64,000 nt of DNA from Mesorhizobium sp. (lineage in GTDB: Bacteria > Pseudomonadota > Alphaproteobacteria > Rhizobiales > Rhizobiaceae), in the NCBI GenBank assembly GCA_049647745.1, contig JBARYG010000002.1, positions 13,383 to 77,382 on the forward strand, given 5' to 3'. The translations under genes were made by a program, and so were the position numbers. Under the pieces are notes generated by a model. That model had not been told where the DNA came from, did not search any database, and worked only from the letters and a program-made list of their open reading frames with translations. This document shows positions 28,722 to 39,302 of the stretch, piece after piece (positions within the stretch are counted from its first letter, which is position 1; each line of letters starts with the position of its first letter).

Positions 28722-31256
28722 GTGGAGCAGAAAGAGAAATTGGCCGGGGCGTATTGGTCGGTTCCGACAGGAACGTTGCTGACCAGCCTGCATTCAAGCT
28801 CAGCGGGCCTTTCCTCCGACGAAACGCACAGTAGACTTCGTGACGCCGGTCTGAACGCGGTCGGCCGAATGGGACGCGCCTCCGCACTCGCTGCCTTTGC
28901 GCGGCAGTTCCGCAGTCCGCTGGTGCTTATTCTTATCTTCGCGGCGACCGTGTCGGCGTTCGTGGGCGAAGGCAGCGAAGCGGTGATCATCGGCATCATC
29001 GTGCTAACGAGCTGCATACTCTCGTTCACGCAGGAATACGGTGCCTCCAAGGCGATGGAGGCACTGACGGCACGCATCGCCCGCAAAGCCTCCGTGCTGC
29101 GCGACGGCCGCGAGGTATCCGCCGCCGTCGCAGAGATCGTACCGGGCGACGTAATCCGGCTTTCCGCCGGCAATCTGATTCCGGCTGACGGCGTGCTATT
29201 GGAGTCGCGCGACTTCAACGTCAGCGAGGCAGCGCTCACCGGCGAAACCTTTCCCGTAGTCAAGGCTCCCGGTGTTTCGGCGCCGGACGCCCAGATCGGC
29301 CAGCGCATCAATGCGGTCTTTACGGGCACCTCAGTCCGCAGTGGCACAGCCACCATGCTTGCGGTACGCACCGGCAAGGAGACGGAATTCGCGGCCATCG
29401 CCGGGGCGATTGCTCGCGCCGTGCCCGAGACGGAGTTCGCCAAAGGTATCCGTCGCTTCGGTTATCTGATGACGGAGATCATGCTAGTCATCGTCATCCT
29501 CGTCTTCTTCGCCAATCTCCTTCTGCACCGCCCCGCCATCGACTCGCTGCTGTTCTCGTTGGCTCTGGCGGTCGGCCTGACACCGGAACTGCTGCCGGCC
29601 ATCATCAGCGTCACGCTGGCGCGCGGTGCCCGCACCATGGCGGCGAGTGGCGTCATCGTGCGCCGGCTCGAGGCCATCGAGAACCTTGGTAGCATGGACC
29701 TGTTATGCACCGACAAGACCGGAACACTGACGGAAGGAACCATTCGCCTGGATGGCTGTCTGAGTACCAAAGGGGCGGCTTCACCCGAGATCCGGCTGTG
29801 GGCGTTGCTTAATGCGACATTGCAGTCCGGCATGGCAAATCCCCTCGATGAGGGGATTGCTGCCAGCAGGGGTTCTGATGACGAACTTTCGGCATATCGA
29901 AAGATTGACGAGATTCCCTATGATTTCATCCGCAAGCGGCTGTCGGTGATCGTGCGGCGGAAGGATGCCACCGAGGACCTGCTGATTTGCAAAGGCGCAG
30001 TCCAAAACATTGTTGAGGCTTGCATGCTCGATGAGCAGCAGGCAAAAGCCATCGACGAGAGGGTGCAAGGCTGGTGCATGCAGGGCTTTCGCGTGCTTGG
30101 CCTTGCGGTGCGCCGCTTTCCGTCGCGCCAGACCTATGGCCGCGAGGATGAGGCAGAGCTTGCCTTCGCTGGATTCCTTCTGTTCCTTGACCCACCGAAG
30201 CCGGACATGGCCGAGACATTGAAGGCCTTGGCCAAGCGCGGCATCAAGGTGAAAGTCATCTCCGGCGACAATCGCCATGTTGCGGCGCATCTGGCGCAGA
30301 TCATCGGCCTGCCGCATCGCCACATACTCACCGGCGACGAACTGGCGAAGCTGACCAAAGAGGCGCTGTTCGCCCGCGTCGCACGTGTCGATATCTTCGC
30401 CGAGATCGATCCCAACCAGAAGGAGCGCATCATCGAAGCGCTACGCCGACGTGGCCATGTCGTTGGCTATATGGGCGACGGCATCAACGATGCCCCGGCC
30501 CTGCACGAAGCCGATATCGGCATCTCAGTTGATGGCGCCGTCGACGTGGCACGGGAGGCTGCGGACATGATCCTGCTTAAGCGGGACCTCGGCGTACTGC
30601 TGCGTGGTGTCGACGACGGCCGGCGAACCTTCGCCAACACGATGAAGTACATCTCTATCACCACCAGCGCCAATTTCGGCAACATGGTCTCGATGGCCTT
30701 CGCGTCGCTTGCATTACCCTTCTTGCCGTTGCTGGCCCCGCAAATCCTTCTCAACAACCTGCTATCGTCTCTACCCTCGTTGGCCATAGCACGCGATCGC
30801 GTAGATGCCGAGCAGATCGAGACGCCGCGCCGCTGGGATATTGGTTCGATCCGTCGCTTCATGATCTATTTCGGGCTGGTGAGTTCCTTCTTCGATTTAG
30901 TAACCTTCGGCTTTCTCCTGCTGGTGATGCATGCGGGAGCCGGAACGTTCCGGACGGGATGGTTCGTCGAATCGCTGCTAACGCAACTGGTGATCGTCCT
31001 CGTCATACGCACGCACCAGTCCTTCTGGCGGAGCCGGCCAAGCGCGCTCTTGGCGTGGCTGACACTGGCAATCGGCCTGCTCGCCGTGAGGATTCCCTAC
31101 CTGCCTGGCTCAGCCAGGTTCGGCTTCACGCCGCTGCCTACGCAGATAATGGCAGGTCTAGTCGCGATCACACTGATTTATCTGACCGCATCGGAAGCGA
31201 CTAAACGCTTGTTCTTCGCACGCGAGCGGCGGCTCACCAAGCATCGCCGGACTTGA
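28722..31256 (+). CDS. P-type ATPase, MgtA/cation-transporting (type II/III) class
   Basis: 844 aa, GTG start. Motifs TGET, DKTGTLTEG and MGDGINDAPAL, plus ten predicted TM helices. Confidence 0.88.
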   Translation: MEQKEKLAGAYWSVPTGTLLTSLHSSSAGLSSDETHSRLRDAGLNAVGRMGRASALAAFARQFRSPLVLILIFAATVSAFVGEGSEAVIIGIIVLTSCILSFTQEYGASKAMEALTARIARKASVLRDGREVSAAVAEIVPGDVIRLSAGNLIPADGVLLESRDFNVSEAALTGETFPVVKAPGVSAPDAQIGQRINAVFTGTSVRSGTATMLAVRTGKETEFAAIAGAIARAVPETEFAKGIRRFGYLMTEIMLVIVILVFFANLLLHRPAIDSLLFSLALAVGLTPELLPAIISVTLARGARTMAASGVIVRRLEAIENLGSMDLLCTDKTGTLTEGTIRLDGCLSTKGAASPEIRLWALLNATLQSGMANPLDEGIAASRGSDDELSAYRKIDEIPYDFIRKRLSVIVRRKDATEDLLICKGAVQNIVEACMLDEQQAKAIDERVQGWCMQGFRVLGLAVRRFPSRQTYGREDEAELAFAGFLLFLDPPKPDMAETLKALAKRGIKVKVISGDNRHVAAHLAQIIGLPHRHILTGDELAKLTKEALFARVARVDIFAEIDPNQKERIIEALRRRGHVVGYMGDGINDAPALHEADIGISVDGAVDVAREAADMILLKRDLGVLLRGVDDGRRTFANTMKYISITTSANFGNMVSMAFASLALPFLPLLAPQILLNNLLSSLPSLAIARDRVDAEQIETPRRWDIGSIRRFMIYFGLVSSFFDLVTFGFLLLVMHAGAGTFRTGWFVESLLTQLVIVLVIRTHQSFWRSRPSALLAWLTLAIGLLAVRIPYLPGSARFGFTPLPTQIMAGLVAITLIYLTASEATKRLFFARERRLTKHRRT

Positions 31257-31319
31257 TCACAATCAAGGGCGTCGGTTCGCGAGCTGTGTAGCCTCGGCTC
31301 GATCATCCGGAGAGCCGCT

Positions 31320-31913
31320 ATGCCGCGCCGCATCCTCATCATACTTGGTCATCCAGATGGAAATCCGACGCGCCTGTGCCGGGCACTCGCCGGCGCCTAT
31401 GCCGAAGGCGCACGCTCGGCCGGCCATGAAATCCGGCTCCTCGACGTCGCGACGCTCGATTTCCCGATCCTCCGGAGCGCGGAAGAGTTCACCGAACGGT
31501 CCCTGCCGGTCACGCTGGAGGACGCTGCCCAGGCGATCAAGGATGCGGAGCATCTCGTCTTCATCTTTCCGCTGTGGCTTGGCACCATGCCTGCTCTGTT
31601 GAAAGCCTTCCTGGAACAGGTAATGCGGCCGGGCGTCGCCTTTGCTTATCCCGAAGCAGGCAAGAACGGCTTCGCCAAGACGCTGCTCAAGGGCCACTCG
31701 GCCCGCGTGGTGGTGACCATGGGCATGCCGGCCTCGTTCTATCGCTTCTGGTATCTAGGCCACGGTGTCGCCGGCATGCGTCGCAACGTCCTGAACTTCG
31801 TCGGCATCAGCCCGGTCTGGGAAACGCTGTTCGGGATGGTGGAAAGCGCAAGCGACGCCAAGCGCAGGAAGTGGATTTCCGCCATGCATGCGCTCGGGAA
31901 ACGGGCTGGTTAG
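31320..31913 (+). CDS. Flavodoxin-fold NAD(P)H dehydrogenase (quinone)-like protein
   Basis: 197 aa. MPRRILIILGHPD...HLVFIFPLWLGTMPALLKAFLEQV is typical of the Flavodoxin_2/KefF-like family. Confidence 0.8.
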   Translation: MPRRILIILGHPDGNPTRLCRALAGAYAEGARSAGHEIRLLDVATLDFPILRSAEEFTERSLPVTLEDAAQAIKDAEHLVFIFPLWLGTMPALLKAFLEQVMRPGVAFAYPEAGKNGFAKTLLKGHSARVVVTMGMPASFYRFWYLGHGVAGMRRNVLNFVGISPVWETLFGMVESASDAKRRKWISAMHALGKRAG

Positions 31914-31965
31914 GATCGGGGCGCGAATACCCGATACCCCTGGCCCTCCCCTTAGATGAAGAAGC

Positions 31966-33110
31966 TCAAATCGCCGTCGGCGGCGGCAGATCAGGTGCCC
32001 GCTGCAGGCTATCTGGTGAAATCCGCAAGGCGCGTATTGCGTTCAGGATGACCGCCACGTCGATCGCTTCCTGCAGCAGCGAGCCCTGCACCGGCGTCAG
32101 ATAGCCAAGGGCGGCCGCGATCATGCCGGCCACCGAATGACTGGTGCCCGCCGCCACACTCTGAAACGCTATACGCCGGGATCGGACAGCCACTTCAAGC
32201 CCAGTAAGGAGCCGACCGAGATCATCGACCAGAAGGACGACGTCGGCGGTCTCCGCGGAAGCGGCTGCGCCCCTTGCACCCAGGCGACAGTGTAGCGAAA
32301 GTCTCGATGGAGACGATCTGCGGACGCCCGTCCGTCCGCGTGTCGGTCTTGTCGAGGGCCTATAATCGCGCCTGCGTGAGCGCTTCAAGCAGCTTGGCGC
32401 CCTTGATCAGCACACCGAAATGCGCGGCGCGCGACAGGCCCGCCACAAGTGCCACCGGCACTGCCAGAATGAGCGAGCACGGCGTTGCGACGACAAGGAC
32501 GGCGGCTGGCGCGCAGGTCGAAAGCCTCGCCCGCATTGGTCGAGCCGCTCATCACCTCGTGGCTGCGCATGAGCCTCACGGGAATCGCTTCGCCGGTCAT
32601 CGCCGACTGGTCGAGTATCGCCCGCTTGCTCTCGGCGGCCCCGTCGACGGGAGCAACGTCTCCCTGGCGGATCAGGAGCAGATCGCCGGGCTCGATTTCA
32701 TTCAGAGGGATTTCGTACAGCGCGCCCTAGCGATGGCGGGTCGCGATACGCGGAACACGCGAGAGAAGATCATGCATCTTGCGCCGGGCACGACCTTCGG
32801 GAAAGCGTTCGAGGAAGGTGCCTCCCGAATACATCAAGGCGAGGACGGCGGCGGCAAGCGGTTCGCCAAAGGCTAGCGCGGCCGACATCGACAAGGTCGC
32901 CACGACGTCGAGACCGACTTCGCGTCTCAATAGGCTCCGAACGATTTCAACGACCAGCGCCACAAGGACGGGAGTCACACCTACCGTCCAAGTCGCCCGG
33001 GCAGTTCTGCCCTTCTGGCCAGGCTCAGGCTGATCCTCGCCGTGAGACCGGCTAGGGCAACATCCAGCAGGACGATCTTGAAGCTGGCGCGAGCTTTCCC
33101 GCTCATCATC
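31966..33110 (-). pseudogene. Heavy-metal (P1B-like) P-type ATPase remnant with internal deletions and frameshifts
   Basis: The C-terminal piece ETADVVLLVDDLGRLLTGLEVAVRSRRIAFQSVAAG..QEAIDVAVILNAIRALR, the actuator piece MTGEAIPV, and the TM piece GLDVVATLSMSAALAFGE lie in different frames. About 1.1 kb is left of a gene expected to be about 2 kb. Confidence 0.65.
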
Positions 33111-33125
33111 AAGGCGCCGTGGGGA

Positions 33126-33962
33126 TCAATGCGATATCAGGATCGGCAGGCGCAGATCGCGTAGGATGCCGTCGGTCGCTCCGCCTAGGATAAAATCGCG
33201 TACACGCGTATGACCGTAGCCGCCCATCACGAGGATGTCGACACTGCGTTGAACAGCGTTCTCCTGCAAGGTCACAGCAATGTCGCCGCCGCCGCTCAGC
33301 ACGGCGTGAGCCTCGGCGGGAAGACCGCGCTCCCGCAACCCTACGGCGAGCCGGGCACCGGGATCGTCTTCCGGCAGATCCTTCTCGTCGGTCACAGTCA
33401 GGACCGTGATCTTCGATGCCTTCCGCAGCAATGGGGCCGCGTCAGCGACAGCCCTTGCCGCGACGCGACTGCCGTCCCACGCGATCGCCACATGATCGAA
33501 GACAGTCGGCTGGACCAATTCGGGAAGCAGGATCACCGGGCGACCGGAGCCGAAAATGATATCCTCGGCCAGCGTATGCGTACTTTCATTCGCGGCTTCC
33601 CAGCCAATGAGGACAAAGTCGAAATAGCGTGCCCGGTTCGCAGCCAGATCGCCCAACAACGGCAGCGCGGTCGCCGTCCGATCGGTGACGAGCTTGACGC
33701 CTGCCGACACGGCCTCGTCCGTCACGATGCGGAGAATGTCCTCGCCATTCTTGCGACTCCTTGCGTTCGCCTCCCTGATCAGTTCCGGCGTGTTCAAGAG
33801 AAACCTGGAAAGAACATTCGACACGGGCGGAATGTCGGCGTTCACGGTAAGGGCATGCAGTTCCGCCTCCAACTGCGCCGACATGATGGTGGCATTCGAT
33901 CCGACTTGCGGCGAGACCGGGTCGGGGTACGTCACCAGTGGAAGCAAGGCCTGAAGTTTCAT
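33126..33962 (-). CDS. Tandem-USP-domain protein
   Basis: 278 aa with C-terminus VDILVMGGYGHTRVRDFILGGATDGILRDLRLPILISH. Confidence 0.85.
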   Translation of the reverse strand: MKLQALLPLVTYPDPVSPQVGSNATIMSAQLEAELHALTVNADIPPVSNVLSRFLLNTPELIREANARSRKNGEDILRIVTDEAVSAGVKLVTDRTATALPLLGDLAANRARYFDFVLIGWEAANESTHTLAEDIIFGSGRPVILLPELVQPTVFDHVAIAWDGSRVAARAVADAAPLLRKASKITVLTVTDEKDLPEDDPGARLAVGLRERGLPAEAHAVLSGGGDIAVTLQENAVQRSVDILVMGGYGHTRVRDFILGGATDGILRDLRLPILISH

Positions 33963-34032
33963 GGGTCACATTCCTCTTTTAGGCATGTCGATCAGCGAAC
34001 ATGCAGATTCCGCCAGGGGCGGCCCACTTTCC

Positions 34033-34046
34033 TTGACCGGGATCAA
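34033..34046. promoter_or_regulatory. Perfect FixK/FNR box TTGACCGGGATCAA
   Basis: 71 nt upstream of the minus-strand start 33962. Confidence 0.7.
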
Positions 34047-34065
34047 TCGTGAGCGGACGGAAGTT

Positions 34066-34079
34066 TTGATCCAACGCAA
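34066..34079. promoter_or_regulatory. FixK/FNR-type box, one mismatch (TTGATCCAACGCAA)
   Basis: 63 nt upstream of ATG 34142. Second box in the divergent USP/USP intergenic region. Confidence 0.5.
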
Positions 34080-34141
34080 TGAAGCTGCCGGCGGAACTGA
34101 ATATCGCTTCTGCACAAACGCGAGATACGAGGATCGGAATC

Positions 34142-34980
34142 ATGGCGTTCAAGACAATTCTGACGATCACCGGGCCGAAAATCGGCGGGCGAAGCGATCT
34201 CAAGCTTGCTGCAGACTTGTGCGAACAAGCCGAAGCGCATCTTTCAGTGCTTGTCATGGCTTTGGCCGCTCCCCCGCCAATCGGTGAATACGCCGTCGTC
34301 GTGTCGGATGGCTGGATGCAGGAACAACGAGCCGATCAGAAACATCTGAAGGATCGCACTGAAGAAATATCCGCCTTCGTGGCAGCGAGCCCTGTTTCGG
34401 GCGACGTAGTCAGTGACTATGCCGAGATTGGCTGGGCCGACGAGATGGTCGGGCGGCGAGCTCGCTACGCCGACCTTACGCTCGCCGGACCTGAATTGCT
34501 CGCGTCGGAGACGCTGCGGCAAAAGGTTATCGAAGGTGCTTTGTTCTGGTCGGGAAAGCCGCTTCTGCTGGTTCCTGAAAACGCTCATGCGTCACTTAAT
34601 CCTAAACGGATCCTTGTTGCTTGGGACACGCGGATCGAGGCGACACGCGCGGTGCGGGAAGCCTTGGAACTGCTTGCCGGTGCCGACGAGGTGCGCCTGG
34701 CCATTGTCGATCCCATCGAAGGCGAGCGTTCCCATGGTGAGGAACCGGGTGCCGACGTGGCAACCTTCCTTGCCCGCCATGGCGTCCAGGTTACTATCGA
34801 TCGCCTTCCGAGCGAAAACCATTCCGTGGCGGACGGCTGCGCCGGCAGGCCGTCGATACGGACGCCGAGATGCTGGTCATGGGCGCCTACGGCCACTCAC
34901 GGCTGCGCGAGCGCATTTTTGGCGGCGTGACCCGCTCCATGCTGGAAGATCCTCCGCTCCCGGTTTTCCTGGCGCGCTGA
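34142..34980 (+). pseudogene. Tandem-USP-domain gene carrying a single-nucleotide frameshift near 34835
   Basis: MAFKTILTITG... is readable to ..ENHSVAD. The conserved C-terminus AVDTDAEMLVMGAYGHSRLRERIFGGVTRSMLEDPPLPVFLAR* then continues in another frame to TGA 34978-34980. Confidence 0.75.
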
Positions 34981-34984
34981 CAAG

Positions 34985-36160
34985 TCATCCACCAATGACC
35001 GTCGATACCTGACGGGCGATCGTCAGTTCCTCGTCCGTGGCGATGACGTGGATTTCGACCACTCCTTGCCGTTCCGCGATACGCTCCTTGCCGGAACGGT
35101 TGGCGTCCCTGTCCAGCTTTACGCCCAGCCACCGCAACCGCTCGCAGACCGCCTCGCGGATCTGCCAGGCATGCTCGCCGATGCCGCCGGTGAATACCAG
35201 CACGTCCAGGCCCTGCAATGTATTGGCCATCGCCGCGATTTCACGGGCGATGCGGAAAGTGAAAAGATCGAGGGCTTCCGCTGCATTTGGATGCTCGCTT
35301 GCGAGCAAGTCGCGGACGTCTCCCGACAGCCCTGATACGCCAAGAAGTCCTGAGCGATGATAAAGAAGGTGCTCGACCTCCTTGACGGACATGCTGCGGA
35401 CCTGCTGCAGGTAGAGGACGATGCCGGGGTCAATCGCGCCCGGCCGCGTCGCCATCATCAGCCCGTCTAGCGCGGTGAAGCCCATGGTGGTGTCAAGACT
35501 TTTTTCTTCGCGCATGGCGCAGAGACTGCACCCACTGCCGAGATGCGCGACCACGATACGCTTGCTGAAGGTTTCGGGCGAAATCTCCCGCAGCCTCCCG
35601 GCGATGAATTCATAAGACAGACCGTGAAAGCCGTATCTACGGATACCCTGCTCCTCGAATTCGCGCGGCAGGGCGTAGCGGCTGACGGGCGGCGCAAGGG
35701 TGTGATGGAAGGCTGTGTCGAAGCAGCCAACCTGCGGCAGGTCGGGATGCAAGCGCATCAGCACCCGCACCGGTTCCAGACAGGCGAGCTGATGCAGCGG
35801 GGCGATCGGCGTCAGCGCGTCGAGTTTGCGAACCACCGCTTCGGACAGGCTGACGGGGGCGACGAACCCGCTGCCGCCATGGACGATGCGGTGCCCGACC
35901 GCCGCCAGCGGCCTGTCCGCCAGCCATGGCTCGAGACAACCGAACAACTCGCGAAGCAGGGTTTCGACCGGCGGCTTCTTCTGCAGGACCGACCGGTCGA
36001 CGACGGGCGCCCCATTTCCGTCTTTCGCGGCCAGGCGCGGCGTGTCGTGCACGCCATCGAAACCGCCGGACACCATTCGGCGCAGCGTTCCGCTTTCGAA
36101 GAGGCCGAATTTCAGGCTGGACGAACCGGCATTCAGCGTGAGGATCGAGCCTGCTATCAC
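34985..36160 (-). CDS. ackA: Acetate kinase
   Basis: ILTLNAGSSSLKF, GHRIVHGG, and the family-wide body. GTG 36160 is preferred (GGAAGGGA 6 nt upstream); TTG 36166 is possible. Confidence 0.9.
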   Translation of the reverse strand: MIAGSILTLNAGSSSLKFGLFESGTLRRMVSGGFDGVHDTPRLAAKDGNGAPVVDRSVLQKKPPVETLLRELFGCLEPWLADRPLAAVGHRIVHGGSGFVAPVSLSEAVVRKLDALTPIAPLHQLACLEPVRVLMRLHPDLPQVGCFDTAFHHTLAPPVSRYALPREFEEQGIRRYGFHGLSYEFIAGRLREISPETFSKRIVVAHLGSGCSLCAMREEKSLDTTMGFTALDGLMMATRPGAIDPGIVLYLQQVRSMSVKEVEHLLYHRSGLLGVSGLSGDVRDLLASEHPNAAEALDLFTFRIAREIAAMANTLQGLDVLVFTGGIGEHAWQIREAVCERLRWLGVKLDRDANRSGKERIAERQGVVEIHVIATDEELTIARQVSTVIGG

Positions 36161-36190
36161 CAGCAATCCCTTCCCGCTTCAGTCACTCGC

Positions 36191-38596
36191 CTAAGCCGCC
36201 GTCTTGTACGGCCAGCTCCAGTTCCGGATTTCCGGCATATCCTCCCCGTGCTCCCTCACATAACGCGTGTGCTCGACGAGCTTGTCGGCGAGTTGCCGCC
36301 TGGCCGTTGCCGCCTTCGTACTCAGTCCAGGCACCCTGTCTATAGCTTCCATCGCGAGATGAAAGCGGTCCAGCTCGTTAAGCACCGCCATGTCGAACGG
36401 CGTGGTCGTCGTCCCCTCCTCGTTGAAGCCGCGCACGTGGATGTTGTCGTGGTTCGTCCGTTTGTAGGTCAGGCGGTGGATGAGATAGGGATAGCCGTGA
36501 TAGGCGAAGATGACGGGACGGTCCTTTGTGAACAGCCGGTCGAACTCGGCGTCCGGGAGGCCATGCGGATGTCGCTCTTTCGGCTCTAGCGTCATCAGGT
36601 CCATCACGTTGACGACACGGATGGCAAGGTCTGGAACCGCTTGCCTGAGCAGGTCCACGGCGGCCAGCGTCTCCAGCGTGGGAACATCGCCGGCGCAGGC
36701 CATCACGACGTCCGGATCGGCGCCGCCCTTCTCGGTGCCCGCCCATTCCCAGACGCCGACACCCACCCTGCAATGCATGGCGGCGTCCTCGATGGCCAGC
36801 CATTGCGGCGCGGGCTGCTTTCCGGCGACGATAACGTTGATGCGATCGTAAGTCCGCAGGCAATGATCGGCGACCCATAGCAGCGTGTTCGCATCGGGCG
36901 GCAGGTAGATGCGCACGATGTCCGCCTTCTTGTTGGCGACGAGATCGACGAAGCCGGGGTCCTGATGGCTGAAGCCGTTGTGGTCCTGCCTCCACACATG
37001 CGACGTCAGCAGATAGTTGAGCGACGCGATCGGCCGCCGCCATGCCAGCCCGCGCGACACCTTCAGCCATTTGGCATGCTGGTTGAACATGGAATCGACG
37101 ATGTGAATGAAGGCCTCGTAGCAGGAGAAAAGGCCGTGCCGGCCGGTCAGCAGGTAGCCTTCGAGCCATCCCTGGCACAGATGCTCGCTCAGCACCTCCA
37201 TAACTCTGCCATCTCGGGCAAGGTGCACGTCGTAGGGCTCGATCTTCTCCATCCAGACGCGCTCGGTCGCCTCGAACACGGCGTCCAACCTATTCGATGC
37301 CGTCTCGTCCGGCCCCATGATCCTGAAATTGCGCGCATCGGCGTTCAGCCGCACGACCTCTTCGAGAAACGCGCCCATGACGCGGGTCGCCTCGGCCAGC
37401 GTGCCGCCGGGTTGCGGGACAGCGACGGCGAAATCCCTGAAGTTCGGCAATTGCAGCTCGCGCTTGAGCAGCCCGCCATTGGCATGCGGGTTGGCGCCCA
37501 TCCGCCGGGTGCCGGCGGGAGCAAGCGAGCGAAGCTCATCCCGCAGAACGCCCGCCTCGTCGAAAAGCTCCTCCGGCCTGTAGCTTCGCATCCAGTCTTC
37601 CAGCAGCTTCAGGTGGCCGGGATCGGCGCGCGGGTCCGTGATTGGCACCTGGTGGGCGCGCCAGAACCCCTCCACCTTCTTGCCGTCGACCTCCTTCGGC
37701 CCGGTCCACCCCTTTGGACTTCTGAGCACGATCATCGGCCAGCGCGGGCGCTGCGTGACCTTGCCGGATTGCCTTGCCGCATGCTGGATTTCAGCGATCC
37801 GGTCGAGCGCCGCATCCACTGTCGCGGCCATCTTGCGGTGCATGTCGCGCGGATCGTCGCCCTCGACGAAGAACGGTTCGTGACCGTAGCCGACCAGCAA
37901 GCTTCGCAATTCCTCCCCCTCGATCCGGCCGAGCACGGTGGGATTGGCGATCTTGTAGCCGTTCAGGTGCAGGATCGGCAGGACGGCGCCGTCATGGACC
38001 GGATTGAGGAACTTATTCGAATGCCAGGAAGCCGCCAGCGCGCCGGTCTCAGCCTCGCCGTCGCCGATCACGCAGGCGACCACGAGGTCGGGATTATCGA
38101 ACGCCGCACCGTAGGCATGGGCGAGCGCATAGCCGAGTTCTCCCCCCTCATGGATCGATCCGGGAGTTTCGGAAGCCGCGTGGCTTGGGATTCCGCCGGG
38201 AAAGGAGAACTGCCGAAACAGCTTGCACAGGCCCGGCTCGTCGCAGGAGACGTCCGGATAGATCTCGCTATAGGTACCTTCGAGATAGGTGTTGGCGACC
38301 ACGCCCGGCCCGCCATGTCCGGGACCGCAAATGTAAATCATATCGAGATCGCGGGCGCGGATGACCCGATTGAGGTGTGCGTAGATGAAATTGAGGCCGG
38401 GCGTGGTGCCCCAGTGACCAAGCAGGCGCGGCTTGATGTGCTCCGGCCGAAGCGGTTCCTTCAGCAACGGGTTGTCGAGAAGATAGATTTGTCCTACCGA
38501 GAGGTAATTTGCGGCCTGCCAGTAACGGTCGATGAGGTCGAGTTCCTTCTGGTCGTAGTTATCTGCCACGGTCCTTCTCCTCGCTTGTCCTGCCAC
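36191..38596 (-). CDS. xfp: Xylulose-5-phosphate/fructose-6-phosphate phosphoketolase
   Basis: 801 aa. [26 protein letters not shown] and EGGELGY motifs with full-length similarity. Confidence 0.95.
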   Translation of the reverse strand: MAGQARRRTVADNYDQKELDLIDRYWQAANYLSVGQIYLLDNPLLKEPLRPEHIKPRLLGHWGTTPGLNFIYAHLNRVIRARDLDMIYICGPGHGGPGVVANTYLEGTYSEIYPDVSCDEPGLCKLFRQFSFPGGIPSHAASETPGSIHEGGELGYALAHAYGAAFDNPDLVVACVIGDGEAETGALAASWHSNKFLNPVHDGAVLPILHLNGYKIANPTVLGRIEGEELRSLLVGYGHEPFFVEGDDPRDMHRKMAATVDAALDRIAEIQHAARQSGKVTQRPRWPMIVLRSPKGWTGPKEVDGKKVEGFWRAHQVPITDPRADPGHLKLLEDWMRSYRPEELFDEAGVLRDELRSLAPAGTRRMGANPHANGGLLKRELQLPNFRDFAVAVPQPGGTLAEATRVMGAFLEEVVRLNADARNFRIMGPDETASNRLDAVFEATERVWMEKIEPYDVHLARDGRVMEVLSEHLCQGWLEGYLLTGRHGLFSCYEAFIHIVDSMFNQHAKWLKVSRGLAWRRPIASLNYLLTSHVWRQDHNGFSHQDPGFVDLVANKKADIVRIYLPPDANTLLWVADHCLRTYDRINVIVAGKQPAPQWLAIEDAAMHCRVGVGVWEWAGTEKGGADPDVVMACAGDVPTLETLAAVDLLRQAVPDLAIRVVNVMDLMTLEPKERHPHGLPDAEFDRLFTKDRPVIFAYHGYPYLIHRLTYKRTNHDNIHVRGFNEEGTTTTPFDMAVLNELDRFHLAMEAIDRVPGLSTKAATARRQLADKLVEHTRYVREHGEDMPEIRNWSWPYKTAA

Positions 38597-38716
38597 TGAG
38601 GGTAGGATCAGATAAAATAGAACGTCTGGCTCACCCGATCACCCTGGCAACATCGGGCCGATGTCCAGTTGGTGTCCTGCAACTCAATTGCATGTTGGTC
38701 AGTCAGCATCGGCATC

Positions 38717-39124
38717 TCACTGCCGCTGCAACAACTGGATATATCTGGTCAGTTCGAGGATGCGCTCGGTGGTGACGGCTTCGCCTGCATTTGTCCCGTA
38801 TTTCCTGGCATCATCTTCCAGAAAACGCTCACCCCATATCGGCATATCCCGATAGTCACGCTGGTTGGCCGCATGGCGCCCGTCAACGGTGGCAAAGACC
38901 CGCCACGTGGGGAACTCGCCGCCGTTCTGTTCGGACAGCCGCGTCAAGTCCGCCGGAGCCTTGTACAAATCATGGGCCAGAGGGCCGTCGCCTTTACCGG
39001 CTTCGCCGTGGCACATGGCACAGGAGTTCAGGTACTCAGTCTGGCCGTAGCTCGCTTCCTGACCGGACGCCGCAGAACAAACGCACAGAATGCATACAGT
39101 TATCGTCGACGCCCATTTCATCAT
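38717..39124 (-). CDS. Monoheme c-type cytochrome, copy 1
   Basis: GGAG-N5-ATG. Signal peptide, heme motif CAMCH, distal DMPIWG. Paralogue of 45819-46226. Confidence 0.85.
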   Translation of the reverse strand: MMKWASTITVCILCVCSAASGQEASYGQTEYLNSCAMCHGEAGKGDGPLAHDLYKAPADLTRLSEQNGGEFPTWRVFATVDGRHAANQRDYRDMPIWGERFLEDDARKYGTNAGEAVTTERILELTRYIQLLQRQ

Positions 39125-39178
39125 CACTGCTCCTTTCGGCAGCCCAAAGCAATATGGCTCGGAAACACGATCTTTCAC

Positions 39179-39192
39179 TGACAGGTGTCAAA
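39179..39192. promoter_or_regulatory. FixK/FNR-type box, one mismatch (CTGACAGGTGTCAA)
   Basis: 55 nt upstream of cytochrome c ATG 39124. No other obvious promoter element lies between this gene and xfp-ackA. Confidence 0.5.
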
Positions 39193-39302
39193 TCGTTATG
39201 TGCCGCGTGACTATTCCTTCGCTTCGCGCCCGGAGGTCTGCTCAATTGAGACGCGGAAAAACACATGCGATATTTCGTTCGAGATCGGTGGGAAGAGCGG
39301 CT

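Noticed and set aside
36965-38599. 544-aa plus-strand ORF
   Set aside because: It lies entirely antisense to the phosphoketolase gene, which has unmistakable full-length family similarity. No domain is recognisable in the shadow frame.
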